Assembly: GCA_934216505.1 (NCBI GenBank)
Contig: CAKQBW010000001.1
Coordinates: forward strand, 85,788 to 149,787
Direction: 5' to 3'
Origin: an uncultured Alphaproteobacteria bacterium
GTDB taxonomy: Bacteria; Pseudomonadota; Alphaproteobacteria; CAAHEQ01; UBA3637
Length of the DNA: 64,000 nt
Shown: positions 48,321 to 57,731 of the stretch, one piece after another
Position numbering within the stretch: the first letter of the stretch is position 1
Layout: each line of letters opens with the position of its first letter
Translations under genes and position numbers: made by a program
The notes under the pieces: generated by a model
The model's database searches: none
What the model was told of the DNA's origin: nothing
The model's input: only the letters and a program-made list of their open reading frames with translations

Positions 48321-48862
48321 ACTTTCCAGAAGCCTTAACAGTTAAAATTTCCCATGATTTAGCTGGGGGTATTGGTGCCCTTTCCAGCACGGCAGATTTA
48401 ATGGAATTAGATCCTTCTTTTACTTCAGAAGCCCCCGCCATGCTTAAAAAGAATACACAAATGCTGATGGCTCGGTTAAAATTTTATCGGGCGTTATTTG
48501 GGGCGGATACAAAATCCATTGACAGTTCTTTGGTTTTTGATTTTTTAAATACTTTTGGAATGCCGATTACCTTTTCGGGAAAAATCGCCACACGACTAGA
48601 ACTTTCGTTCGTAGCGTTGGGCATACAAATAGTGGCAGGTGGAGGAGATATTTTATATTCAAATAACACTTTAATTTTAAAGTCTAACAATTTGATAATA
48701 AAAGAAAATATAAAAAATATTCTCTCGGGACGTGTTTTAAAATCCAGTGCCATTGAAACATTGGAAGCCGAATGGCTTATCAGACAATTAAACGATAAAA
48801 AAATGGCCCTAAAGATAACTTCAAATCCTGATTTTATAAAAATGGAAATTTATCACCCCTAA
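48317..48862 (+). CDS. ChpT-like histidine phosphotransferase (HisKA-like dimerisation/His box, no kinase ATP-lid motifs)
   Basis: KISHDLAGGIGALSSTADLMELD resembles the ChpT/HisKA H-box (HDLxxPxxAIxxxxELL). 181 aa. Overlaps the stop of the upstream gene. Confidence 0.45.
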   Translation: MNFPEALTVKISHDLAGGIGALSSTADLMELDPSFTSEAPAMLKKNTQMLMARLKFYRALFGADTKSIDSSLVFDFLNTFGMPITFSGKIATRLELSFVALGIQIVAGGGDILYSNNTLILKSNNLIIKENIKNILSGRVLKSSAIETLEAEWLIRQLNDKKMALKITSNPDFIKMEIYHP

Positions 48863-48950
48863 AATTCTTGCCTCTTAGGCAAATTTTTCTTGCTTTTTAA
48901 AGGGGATTTTGGCATAATAAAACATGTTTTATTTATGAAAGGAATCAATA

Positions 48951-51900
48951 ATGTCTGATAAACAAAAATTCTACCCTGATTTAAATGCAAAAATGAACTT
49001 TCCAAAGATGGAAGAAGATATTTTAAAATTATGGGATGATGAACGAATTTTTGAAACGGTTAAAGATGCCCGTAAAAATGGAGAAGAATTTGTTTTTTAT
49101 GATGGCCCTCCGTTTGCCAATGGGCAACCCCATTATGGACATATTTTTGTTTCCTATATTAAAGACACTTTGGCTCGCTTTCAAACGATGCTTGGGAAAA
49201 AGGTGGAACGCCCCTATGGGTGGGATTGCCATGGATTGCCCGCCGAAATGAATGCCGAAAAAGCTTTAGGAGTATCAGGACATAAGGCCATTGAAGAATA
49301 TGGTGTAGCCAACTTCAACAACTATTGTCGTCAAGATGTCCTGAAATACTCAGGTGTTTTTAAGGACCTGTTCCATCGGATTGGGCGATGGATTGATGAC
49401 ACAAAAGAATATCGCACAATGGACCTTTCTTTTATGGAATCTGTTATCCATAACTTTAAATCCCTCTATGAAAAAGGCCTCGTCTATCAAGATTTCCGTG
49501 TGCAACCTTATTCTTGGGCGGCCCAAACAACCGTCTCTAATTTTGAAGTGGCACAAGCCTATCGCGAGAAAACAGATACCGCTATCACTGTCATGTTTAA
49601 ATTAGAAAACGGCATGAACATGTTGGTTTGGACAACCACACCTTGGACACTGCCCAGCAATTTAATGTTGGCCGTTGGGGCTGATATTGATTATGCCATT
49701 ATGGAGGAAGAAGGTCAAAAATATGTTTTAGCAGGGGCCCTTAAAAAACGCTATGAAAAACAACTGGCCCATGCCACACAAGTCGCCACCATGAAGGGGA
49801 AAGAATTTGTGGGAATGAGTTATACCCCCATGTATCCTTTCTTTGCTGATCTCAAAGAAAAAGGCTGTTTTAAGGTTTTAGCGGGGGATTTTGTTTCGGT
49901 GGAAGATGGGACAGGGATTGTGCATATTGCGCCAGGGTTTGGGGCCGATGACTTTAATGTTTGTCGTCAATACAATCCTGATTTTCCTATTGTTTGTCCC
50001 GTAGATGAAGCGGGCTGTTTTACCGCAGAAGTTCCCGATTATCATGGCAAACAAGTTTTTGATGTCAATGAATTAGTGATTCAATGGCTCAAAGAAAATC
50101 GCCTGTTGGTAAAAAAAGAACAAATCACCCATACTTATCCTTATTGCTGGCGAACAGATACCCCTTTAATTTACAAAGCGATGAGCGGGTGGTTTGTAGA
50201 TGTCCCCAAATTCCGTGACGAATTAGTCAAACTAAACAAAGAAATTGAATGGACGCCAGAACATATCAAAGAAGGGCGCTTTGGCAAATGGTTGGAAGGG
50301 GCCCGTGAATGGTCTATTTCTCGCAGCCGTTTTTGGGGATCTCCTCTGCCCGTTTGGCAATCTGACAATCCTGCTTATCCACGGACAGATGTTTTCGGGT
50401 CTTTGGCTGAAATCAAACAAGCCACAGGCATTGATGTCAGAGATTTACACCGCCCTATGATTGACGAGGTAGTCTATCCTAATCCTGATGATCCATCGGG
50501 AAAAACAATGATGCGCCGGGTACCAGATGTTTTTGATTGTTGGTTTGAGTCGGGTTCTATGCCCGAAGGTCAAATCCACTATCCTTTTGAAAAAAAAGAA
50601 TGGTTTGAAAATCATTTCCCTGCCGATTTTATTGTGGAAGGGGTGGATCAAACACGGGGTTGGTTTTATTCTTTGCATGTGCTAGGAACGGCTTTACATC
50701 ATAAGCCGGCCTTTAAGCATTGTATGGTCACAGGATTGGTAATGGCCGAAGGGGGCGTAAAAATGTCCAAAAAATTGGGCAACTACCCTGATCCTTACAT
50801 TATTTTAAATCAATCTGGATCAGATGCGATGCGCTGGTTTTTGGTTTCTTCTGGGATTGTCCATGGGGGAAATGTGTGCATGGACTACCAAGGTAAAGAA
50901 GTTGTCAAAACAATGCGTCAGGCTTTGATGCCTTTGTGGAATGCTTATTATTTCTTCTGCTTATATGCTAATGCGGAAGGAGTGAAGGCAAAACTCGTTC
51001 ATACCTCTAACGATGTTTTGGATCGCTATATTTTAGCAAAAGTAAAAGATTTGACCAATGAAATCAAACAGGAAATGTTGGCCTATGACACCCAAATGGC
51101 TTGCGAAAAAATAGCCGTCTTCTTGGATATTTTGAACAATTGGTATATTCGTCGCTCTCGTGAAAGATTCTGGGACGGCACAGATCAAGAAGCCTTTGAT
51201 ACGCTTTACACCGTTTTGGTTGATGTGTCCAAAATTGTGGCCCCTCTCTTGCCCTTTATGGCCGATTATATCTATCAAGGATTGACGGGGGAAAAATCTG
51301 TTCATTTAGTTTTATGGCCTGATGTCAGTGCTATTTCAGATGAAACTGAATTGAAAAATCAAATGGATTTTGTGCGCTCTATTTCCTCTACTGCTAAATC
51401 TATTCGTGAAGAACACCATTTGCGTAATCGGTTGCCGTTGGCGTCCATGACAATTGCTGGGGAAAAAGCCAATACTTTATCTGATTTTATTGAAGTGATG
51501 AAAGACGAAGTCAATGTAAAAGAAATTATTTTAAACACGGATGTGGAATCAGTTGCCTCCAAGTTTTTATACTTAAAAACGCCCCTCATTGGAAAGCGTT
51601 TAGGGGGAGTGATGGGGGCAATTATGGCCGCCAACAAACAACATCAATGGTCTTTAAACTCAGAAGGTACTTTATCCATCGGAGGGCAAACATTAATGCC
51701 TGATGAATTTGAATTGCGCCTGACAATGAAAGAAGGATTATCAGGACAACCTTTGACCGACAATACGGCCGTTGTGCAACTGGATACAACTGTTCGTCCT
51801 GAATTGGAGCGCGAAGGAATCGCTCGTGATTTTGTGCGCATGATTCAACAAAGGCGTAAAGACAAAAATTTTGATGTATCAGACCGAATTTCTTTGGTGT

Positions 51901-52061
51901 ATCAGACCGATTCTGATGAAATCAAGCAAGCCTTACAGGAACATAAAGACTATATTATGGAACAGGTCTTGGCGATTCGTTTTGACGCCACAAAGACACC
52001 TTTTGAAAAGTCAGAAGAATTGGGGAATTCCACCCTCACCTTTGATATTCAAAAGGCTTAA
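48951..52061 (+). CDS. ileS: isoleucine--tRNA ligase (1036 aa, length and motifs consistent with the eukaryote-like type 2 form)
   Basis: Class I HIGH-type motif (PHYGHIF), KMSKKLGN, and the WTTTPWTLPSN editing-domain motif. Confidence 0.85.
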   Translation: MSDKQKFYPDLNAKMNFPKMEEDILKLWDDERIFETVKDARKNGEEFVFYDGPPFANGQPHYGHIFVSYIKDTLARFQTMLGKKVERPYGWDCHGLPAEMNAEKALGVSGHKAIEEYGVANFNNYCRQDVLKYSGVFKDLFHRIGRWIDDTKEYRTMDLSFMESVIHNFKSLYEKGLVYQDFRVQPYSWAAQTTVSNFEVAQAYREKTDTAITVMFKLENGMNMLVWTTTPWTLPSNLMLAVGADIDYAIMEEEGQKYVLAGALKKRYEKQLAHATQVATMKGKEFVGMSYTPMYPFFADLKEKGCFKVLAGDFVSVEDGTGIVHIAPGFGADDFNVCRQYNPDFPIVCPVDEAGCFTAEVPDYHGKQVFDVNELVIQWLKENRLLVKKEQITHTYPYCWRTDTPLIYKAMSGWFVDVPKFRDELVKLNKEIEWTPEHIKEGRFGKWLEGAREWSISRSRFWGSPLPVWQSDNPAYPRTDVFGSLAEIKQATGIDVRDLHRPMIDEVVYPNPDDPSGKTMMRRVPDVFDCWFESGSMPEGQIHYPFEKKEWFENHFPADFIVEGVDQTRGWFYSLHVLGTALHHKPAFKHCMVTGLVMAEGGVKMSKKLGNYPDPYIILNQSGSDAMRWFLVSSGIVHGGNVCMDYQGKEVVKTMRQALMPLWNAYYFFCLYANAEGVKAKLVHTSNDVLDRYILAKVKDLTNEIKQEMLAYDTQMACEKIAVFLDILNNWYIRRSRERFWDGTDQEAFDTLYTVLVDVSKIVAPLLPFMADYIYQGLTGEKSVHLVLWPDVSAISDETELKNQMDFVRSISSTAKSIREEHHLRNRLPLASMTIAGEKANTLSDFIEVMKDEVNVKEIILNTDVESVASKFLYLKTPLIGKRLGGVMGAIMAANKQHQWSLNSEGTLSIGGQTLMPDEFELRLTMKEGLSGQPLTDNTAVVQLDTTVRPELEREGIARDFVRMIQQRRKDKNFDVSDRISLVYQTDSDEIKQALQEHKDYIMEQVLAIRFDATKTPFEKSEELGNSTLTFDIQKA

Positions 52062-52185
52062 GAGTAGGAAGCCCCTTATTGTAGGGGGGCTTCCTTTATT
52101 TTTGCTTTTCCTATAAAACCCCATTAAAATGTTTTTGCTTGCTTTTTCCAAAAAGTTAATATATAGTTAATAAAGAGGTGATTTT

Positions 52186-52869
52186 ATGTATGTACTCGTT
52201 ATTGAAGACGATAAAATTGTCAATGAAAATATATGCTTTCTTTTGCGTAAAGAAGGGATAAAATGCGAAATGGCCTGTACAGGGAATGATGCTTTAAAAC
52301 TCATTCAAGTTTATAATTATGATTTAATTGTATTGGATTTAATCCTCCCTGATATTCACGGATTAGAGGTTTTAAAGAAAATTCGAGCGGACAACATCAC
52401 AACACCTGTTTTGGTATTATCAGGACTATCTTCCCCTAATACGAAAGTGGAAAGTCTTGCCTGCGGGGCTGATGATTACATCGTAAAACCCTATGAAAGA
52501 AGCGAACTGGTGGCCCGAATCAAAGCCATTGTTCGTCGCAGTAAAGGCCTTTCTAAACAGGCGATTCCCCTTGGAAATATGCAGATTTTAATGGACAAAA
52601 AAGAAGTTTTTATTAAGGATAGCCCCTTAAATCTGACCTCCATGGAATATGAATTAGTGGAATTATTGGCTCTTAACAAAGGAAAAACTTTAAGTAAAGA
52701 ATTTCTATTGGATCAACTTTATGGCGGCATTGATGAACCAGAAATAAAAGTATTAGATGTTTTTGTATGTAAAATCAGGAAAAAAATTAAAAAAATAGAT
52801 AAAGAATCCGATTATATAAAAACCGTTTGGGGACGGGGTTACACAATAGAACTTCCCTCAAAAAATTAA
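52186..52869 (+). CDS. ctrA: OmpR-family response regulator, CtrA-like
   Basis: The receiver domain with phospho-acceptor Asp ([11 protein letters not shown]) and a winged-helix C-terminus aligns closely with CtrA: LDLNLPDMSGYEVL…TPILILSG…GADDY…KPF…[13 protein letters not shown]. Confidence 0.65.
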   Translation: MYVLVIEDDKIVNENICFLLRKEGIKCEMACTGNDALKLIQVYNYDLIVLDLILPDIHGLEVLKKIRADNITTPVLVLSGLSSPNTKVESLACGADDYIVKPYERSELVARIKAIVRRSKGLSKQAIPLGNMQILMDKKEVFIKDSPLNLTSMEYELVELLALNKGKTLSKEFLLDQLYGGIDEPEIKVLDVFVCKIRKKIKKIDKESDYIKTVWGRGYTIELPSKN

Positions 52870-53213
52870 AGATATTCGGCTAATTCATTTTTTATATCTG
52901 TTATCTCAGATAAAAATACATCTTGGTTTTTGATACTTTGACTGGCTTCATTCTTTTCTTGGTTGATAAGTTCTGTTTCTTGACTAGATTTTAAACGTTT
53001 TTGTACCCCTTTAATGGTTAAAAAGTCTTTATACAAATAGTCCCGAATGCGCGCCAACAAAACGACATCTTCAGCCTGATACAATCGACGCCCCATTCTT
53101 TTTAAAGGTTTTATCTGTTTAAATTGTGTTTCCCAAAATCGTAAAACAGAAGGTTGCACTTGTAATAACTCAGCCACCTCAGTAATTGTTCTGTATGCGT
53201 TTTCTGATTTCAT
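52866..53213 (-). CDS. MerR-family transcriptional regulator
   Basis: N-terminal MerR HTH ([22 protein letters not shown]). Sits in the conserved position downstream of ihfA. Confidence 0.65.
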   Translation of the reverse strand: MKSENAYRTITEVAELLQVQPSVLRFWETQFKQIKPLKRMGRRLYQAEDVVLLARIRDYLYKDFLTIKGVQKRLKSSQETELINQEKNEASQSIKNQDVFLSEITDIKNELAEYL

Positions 53214-53223
53214 CGTATTCTTC

Positions 53224-53517
53224 TTATTTTAAATTCTTTTTTAATTCATTAGAGGGTTTAAAAACCACTGTCGTACGAGCAGAAATAGGATACGCCTCCC
53301 CTGTTTTGGGGTTTCGCCCTATTCTTTCCCGTTTAGAATGCGGTTCAAAAGTCGCAAAACCTGAAATTTTAACCTCTTTGCCTTCTTTAAAAGAATCCAC
53401 AATCAAGGCGAGCGTCTCATCCAGCAATTTAAAGCCATCTGCATGTGAAAAACCCAATTCATTATGAATGGCTTGTGCAATTTCAGAACGTGTTGTTGTT
53501 TTAATTTTTTCAGTCAT
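53224..53517 (-). CDS. ihfA: integration host factor subunit alpha
   Basis: KISGFATFE…GRNPKTGE…[11 protein letters not shown] matches the IHF-alpha consensus. The start is taken at MTEKIK (residue 16 of the ORF-track 112-aa product, ORF end 53562). Confidence 0.7.
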   Translation of the reverse strand: MTEKIKTTTRSEIAQAIHNELGFSHADGFKLLDETLALIVDSFKEGKEVKISGFATFEPHSKRERIGRNPKTGEAYPISARTTVVFKPSNELKKNLK

Positions 53518-53591
53518 TGAGCACCTTTCTTTCTTACTTTTTATATAATGCCCTAAACTCAAAAAATTTGCAAGTCTTTTTATATATTTTT

Positions 53592-54665
53592 TTAAGGAGC
53601 CGAAGTATCATCTAGGGCTGACATGTTTAAAACATTGGCTACTTCCACTTTTGTTTTTTCACAAATGTCATTATGGGCCATTTTTATGGCAGATTCAATA
53701 GCACAGGAAAAAGCAAAAGCATCTGCTCCCCCATGACTTTTGACAGAAATCCCTTTTAATCCCAAAAACATCGCCCCATTATAAAGGCGAGGATCTAGCT
53801 TCTTTTTAAATCGAGACAAACTGGGGTGAGCCATTAAAAATCCAAACATGGACAACCAAGACCCTTTAACTTCCTGTTTAAGAGCACGACTAATAAATTT
53901 AACAGCCCCTTCAATCGTTTTTAAAGCGATATTTCCAGAAAACCCATCGGAAACAATGACCTGTGTTTTACCCGCCGCAATGTCGTTGCCTTCCACAAAA
54001 CCTTGGAAATTAACTTTATTCCCCATCTCACGCAATACCGCCGCAGCTTCACGAATTTCTTCCCGCCCTTTCGTGGCTTCAGAGCCGATATTCAAAAGGC
54101 CAATGGAGGGTTTTTCTTCACCATATAAAAGTTGATAAAGGACTTCTCCCATTAAAGAAAATTCAACCAAATTTTGGGCATCACATTCGGCATTAGCCCC
54201 CAAATCCAGCACAACAATTGGCCCCGAGGCAGACGGTAATAAACCCGCTATCGCAGGTCGGTCTATGCCTGGGAGAGTTCCCAAGCAAATCTTGCTCATT
54301 GCCATTAAAGCCCCAGTGTTTCCCGCCGAAATAATCGCCTTTGCATATCCATTACGCACCGCCATAATAGATTTCCACATGCTGGTTTCACGTCCTGTTC
54401 GCAAAGCCGCCGAAGGCTTGGCATCTCCCCTGACATACTCAGAGGTATGATGAATTTTATAACACTTTGGGTCTAACCCTACCTCTTCAATGATAGGAGT
54501 CAATTTTGCTTCATCGCCAAACAAAAAGAAAAATAATTCATCAGGGTGTAATTTGGCCGACAAAGAAACCCCTTCAATCACACTACGGGGGGCGTTATCC
54601 CCACCCATAGCGTCAATTGAAAGGATTAGCATTTCTTTATTTTTCAAAGAGAATCCTTTGTTCAA
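53592..54665 (-). CDS. plsX: phosphate acyltransferase PlsX
   Basis: 357-aa PlsX family (ISAGNTGALMA…) directly downstream of rpmF. Confidence 0.85.
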   Translation of the reverse strand: MNKGFSLKNKEMLILSIDAMGGDNAPRSVIEGVSLSAKLHPDELFFFLFGDEAKLTPIIEEVGLDPKCYKIHHTSEYVRGDAKPSAALRTGRETSMWKSIMAVRNGYAKAIISAGNTGALMAMSKICLGTLPGIDRPAIAGLLPSASGPIVVLDLGANAECDAQNLVEFSLMGEVLYQLLYGEEKPSIGLLNIGSEATKGREEIREAAAVLREMGNKVNFQGFVEGNDIAAGKTQVIVSDGFSGNIALKTIEGAVKFISRALKQEVKGSWLSMFGFLMAHPSLSRFKKKLDPRLYNGAMFLGLKGISVKSHGGADAFAFSCAIESAIKMAHNDICEKTKVEVANVLNMSALDDTSAP

Positions 54666-54671
54666 AAGTAC

Positions 54672-54863
54672 TTACGCCTTTGAGGCTTCTTTTTGAACCA
54701 CTACTTCCTTTTTGCGATAAGTTCCACAAGAAGGACACACATGGTGAGGACGCATCATTTCGCCACATTTAGGGCATTCAATACTCGCATTTGCGCTTAA
54801 ACTGTCATGTGAACGACGCATATCACGTTTTGATTTAGATGTTTTCTTTTTGGGTGTTGCCAT
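54672..54863 (-). CDS. rpmF: 50S ribosomal protein L32
   Basis: [22 protein letters not shown]… is the canonical L32 N-terminus, and a CxxC…CxxC zinc ribbon is present. Confidence 0.85.
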   Translation of the reverse strand: MATPKKKTSKSKRDMRRSHDSLSANASIECPKCGEMMRPHHVCPSCGTYRKKEVVVQKEASKA

Positions 54864-54916
54864 TTTATTTTCTCACTTTCATTAAACAATGTTTGACATT
54901 ATACACAGATTTTATT

Positions 54917-55813
54917 TTATTTGCAAGTCTTTTTTATTTTGGGCAGAATTTTTATGACCTTTTCCTTTAATTCAGGAGTTGTTGCCAAAAATGTTCCCTC
55001 CTCCACAATATCATACAATTTTAATTTTCCTGACCAACTTTGAACGATACCCCCCGCTTCTTTAACCATCAAATAACCCGTTGCAATATCCCAAATATGA
55101 GGGTGATATTCAATAAAAGCATCGACCTGCCCTGCCGCCAAGGAGGAAAGCGTTAATGTTGTTGCCCCCATCACACGAACAGGAGAATGGTTCTTTAAAA
55201 AACTTTCTAATAATTCAGGACAACGTCCAAATACGGAAACATTTACCGACATCATGGCTGTTTCCATCTTGGTCCGTCCCGAAACACGCAACCGTTCATT
55301 ACCTGTCGGTGTCATAATAAACGCCCCTCGGCCCTTTTCGGCGTAATATAACTGGTTGGTGATAGGATTAAAGATAACCGCATCCAAAACTTCATCGCCC
55401 TTTAACAAAGCCAACGAAATCGCAAAATAAGGCATCGCATGTAGAAAGTTTGTTGTTCCGTCAATAGGATCCATCAACCATTTGTAGGGCGACCCATTTT
55501 TAGCAGGGATTTCCCCTCTTTCTTCAGAAACAAACCCATAGTCAGGACGGGCTTCTTGTAAAAACTCAATCAACTTTTTTTCTGTCATCAAATCCGCATT
55601 GGATACAAAATCACCAGGTCCTTTTTTGCTGACTTGTAAATGGGAAATTTCCCCAAAATCACGCAACAAACTCCCCGAAGCACGGCGTACCGCATGAATC
55701 ATCAAGTTTAAATTTGGAGAGAGACTATCAATAACTTGTTCTTCCCTTGTCTTTTTACGTTTCACAATTGTGTTTTTCCGCGGTATAATTCTTTGTTTTT
55801 CTATAACAGGCAT
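54917..55813 (-). CDS. suhB: inositol monophosphatase family protein (SuhB-like)
   Basis: WLMDPIDGTTNF metal-binding motif. The ORF-track start at 55849 gives an unusually long N-terminus. ATG starts at 55813 or 55702 are more consistent with family length; the start remains uncertain. Confidence 0.7.
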   Translation of the reverse strand: MPVIEKQRIIPRKNTIVKRKKTREEQVIDSLSPNLNLMIHAVRRASGSLLRDFGEISHLQVSKKGPGDFVSNADLMTEKKLIEFLQEARPDYGFVSEERGEIPAKNGSPYKWLMDPIDGTTNFLHAMPYFAISLALLKGDEVLDAVIFNPITNQLYYAEKGRGAFIMTPTGNERLRVSGRTKMETAMMSVNVSVFGRCPELLESFLKNHSPVRVMGATTLTLSSLAAGQVDAFIEYHPHIWDIATGYLMVKEAGGIVQSWSGKLKLYDIVEEGTFLATTPELKEKVIKILPKIKKTCK

Positions 55814-56038
55814 TCTAACCCTTTCAGTTGATGGGGGATATAATAACAAAATATTTTCAAAGGTGCAAGAAAAAATTTATTTTTAAAACTTATTTTACAT
55901 CTTCGGACCATGTTTTTAACCATACCAAAACTAAAAAACCACAGACCCAATCATTAATATTCATCGTACTTATCGCTTGAAAAAGACTACTCATTGATCC
56001 TCCTGTGATAACTCTCTTTGAAAAGATTTTCAGATTTT

Positions 56039-56152
56039 TTAGTTCTTTGTCGTCAAATCATTTCCCCAAGTTATCATACCTAAAATAATGGTAAAACCAA
56101 GGATTAAATCTTGTAAATTGATTGAACGAATTGTTTCAAAAAAACTTGACAT
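56039..56152 (-). CDS. candidate small hydrophobic protein (37 aa) with strong SD, in a 350-nt intergenic region
   Basis: Minus-strand GGAGGAAAGAGATT-ATG. Product MSSFFETIRSINLQDLILGFTIILGMITWGNDLTTKN has one predicted TM helix. Absent from the ORF track (under the length cutoff). Confidence 0.3.
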   Translation of the reverse strand: MSSFFETIRSINLQDLILGFTIILGMITWGNDLTTKN

Positions 56153-56199
56153 AATCTCTTTCCTCCGCACGGTTATTCTATCATTCTTGATATTTTTTG

Positions 56200-56952
56200 T
56201 CAAGTTTTATTTTCTATAATCAAGCCGTCATAGCCAGGAAAAACATTCTTAGGCAAACTTTTTGTTAAAGTTTCATAATCCATGTGCAATCCCAAATGTG
56301 TTAAATAGGCCCTTTTCGGGGCTAATTTTTCAATCCATTTCAACGCCAGTTCTAAATGAACATGTTTTTTATTTTCTTTTGTGGAAGGACAGCCCAAAAT
56401 CCACGTGTCAATTCCCTTTAAAGTTTCCCACCCCTTTTCCGTCATAGACTTTAAATCTGTAGAATAAGCAACATCCCCTATCCTGTAACCCACAGAAGTA
56501 ATATTCCCGTGTTTTTGGGGCACAGGCACAATGTTTAAATCTCCTATTTGAAAAGTATGATACATTTTTAAAGGTTTCATTTGAAACAAATCCTCCTTTT
56601 TAAAAACATAATCAAACTTATCTAACAAAGTTTCAATATCTTTCTTTTGTGCATACACATCAAGATGCTCTTTTCTGTCTAAAATCATTTTCTTGATATC
56701 TTCTGCCCCGCCACAATGATCATAATGAATATGAGTATAAAGCAATGCATCTAAGTGAGGGGCGTTTTGCGCCCAAAGTTGTGCTTTAATTTCTGGGGAA
56801 GTATCAATTAAAAGAGTGGTCTTTTTTTCTTGAACTAAAATAGAACTTCTGGTCCTGATGTTTTTAGGGTTTGAAGCATCACAATCACCAAAACCTCGTG
56901 TCAGCGAAGGAATTCCATAAGACGGTCCCGACCCCATAATTGTAATTTTCAT
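56200..56952 (-). CDS. MBL-fold metallo-hydrolase
   Basis: HxHxDH zinc motif (HIHYDHCGG). Confidence 0.7.
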   Translation of the reverse strand: MKITIMGSGPSYGIPSLTRGFGDCDASNPKNIRTRSSILVQEKKTTLLIDTSPEIKAQLWAQNAPHLDALLYTHIHYDHCGGAEDIKKMILDRKEHLDVYAQKKDIETLLDKFDYVFKKEDLFQMKPLKMYHTFQIGDLNIVPVPQKHGNITSVGYRIGDVAYSTDLKSMTEKGWETLKGIDTWILGCPSTKENKKHVHLELALKWIEKLAPKRAYLTHLGLHMDYETLTKSLPKNVFPGYDGLIIENKT

Positions 56953-57731
56953 TGGCTCACTTTCAAATAAAGATTGTAAAAATTATTATCTGTTATCTTT
57001 TCCATTTCCTCTTGAGAAATCCCTTTTATTTCGGCTAACTTCTTCAAAATTTGTTGAACAAAAGCGGGTTGATTTTTTTGCCCCCGAAAAGGTTCAGGTG
57101 CTAACCAAGGGGCATCTGTTTCCACCAATAATCTATCCAAAGGCACAAAAGAAAAAACTTCCCGCAATTCTTTGGCCGATTTAAAAGTAATAACCCCTGA
57201 AGCAGAAATATAAAACCCTAAATCCAAAACTTTTTTGGCAAAATTTTTTGTTCCTGTAAAACAATGAATCACCCCTGATCTGTCCAAAAATCCCTTGTCA
57301 CAGGCTTCTTTTAATAAAGCATAGGTATCTTCTTCGGCTTCTCGAGTGTGAATCATCACAGGTTTATTTAGCTCGTGCGCTAATTGAATTTGAGTTTCAA
57401 AAAGGTCTTGTTGTTTCTTTTTAGAGTCAGGAGATTCATGATAATCTAATCCAATTTCTCCCATGGCAACTAATTTCTTGTGAACAAATAAATGCCGCAT
57501 TTGATTCAAGGCCGCTTCATTATCCATGTGAGCGTATTCTGGGTGAATACCAAGGGCCCCATAAAGAACTTGATTTTGTTCCAAAAGCGTCAATAATTCT
57601 GACCAATTTTTGGGATCACAAGCGACAGCCAAAATTTTTTTCACTCTCTCTTTTTGGGCTAACTTTATCAATTCATCAACAGGAATTAAATAATCTTCCT
57701 GATCCAAATGGCAATGACTATCTATCGTCAT
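56949..57731 (-). CDS. tatD: TatD-family deoxyribonuclease
   Basis: DSHCHL N-terminus and TatD metal-binding His/Glu/Asp pattern. Confidence 0.8.
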   Translation of the reverse strand: MTIDSHCHLDQEDYLIPVDELIKLAQKERVKKILAVACDPKNWSELLTLLEQNQVLYGALGIHPEYAHMDNEAALNQMRHLFVHKKLVAMGEIGLDYHESPDSKKKQQDLFETQIQLAHELNKPVMIHTREAEEDTYALLKEACDKGFLDRSGVIHCFTGTKNFAKKVLDLGFYISASGVITFKSAKELREVFSFVPLDRLLVETDAPWLAPEPFRGQKNQPAFVQQILKKLAEIKGISQEEMEKITDNNFYNLYLKVSQ

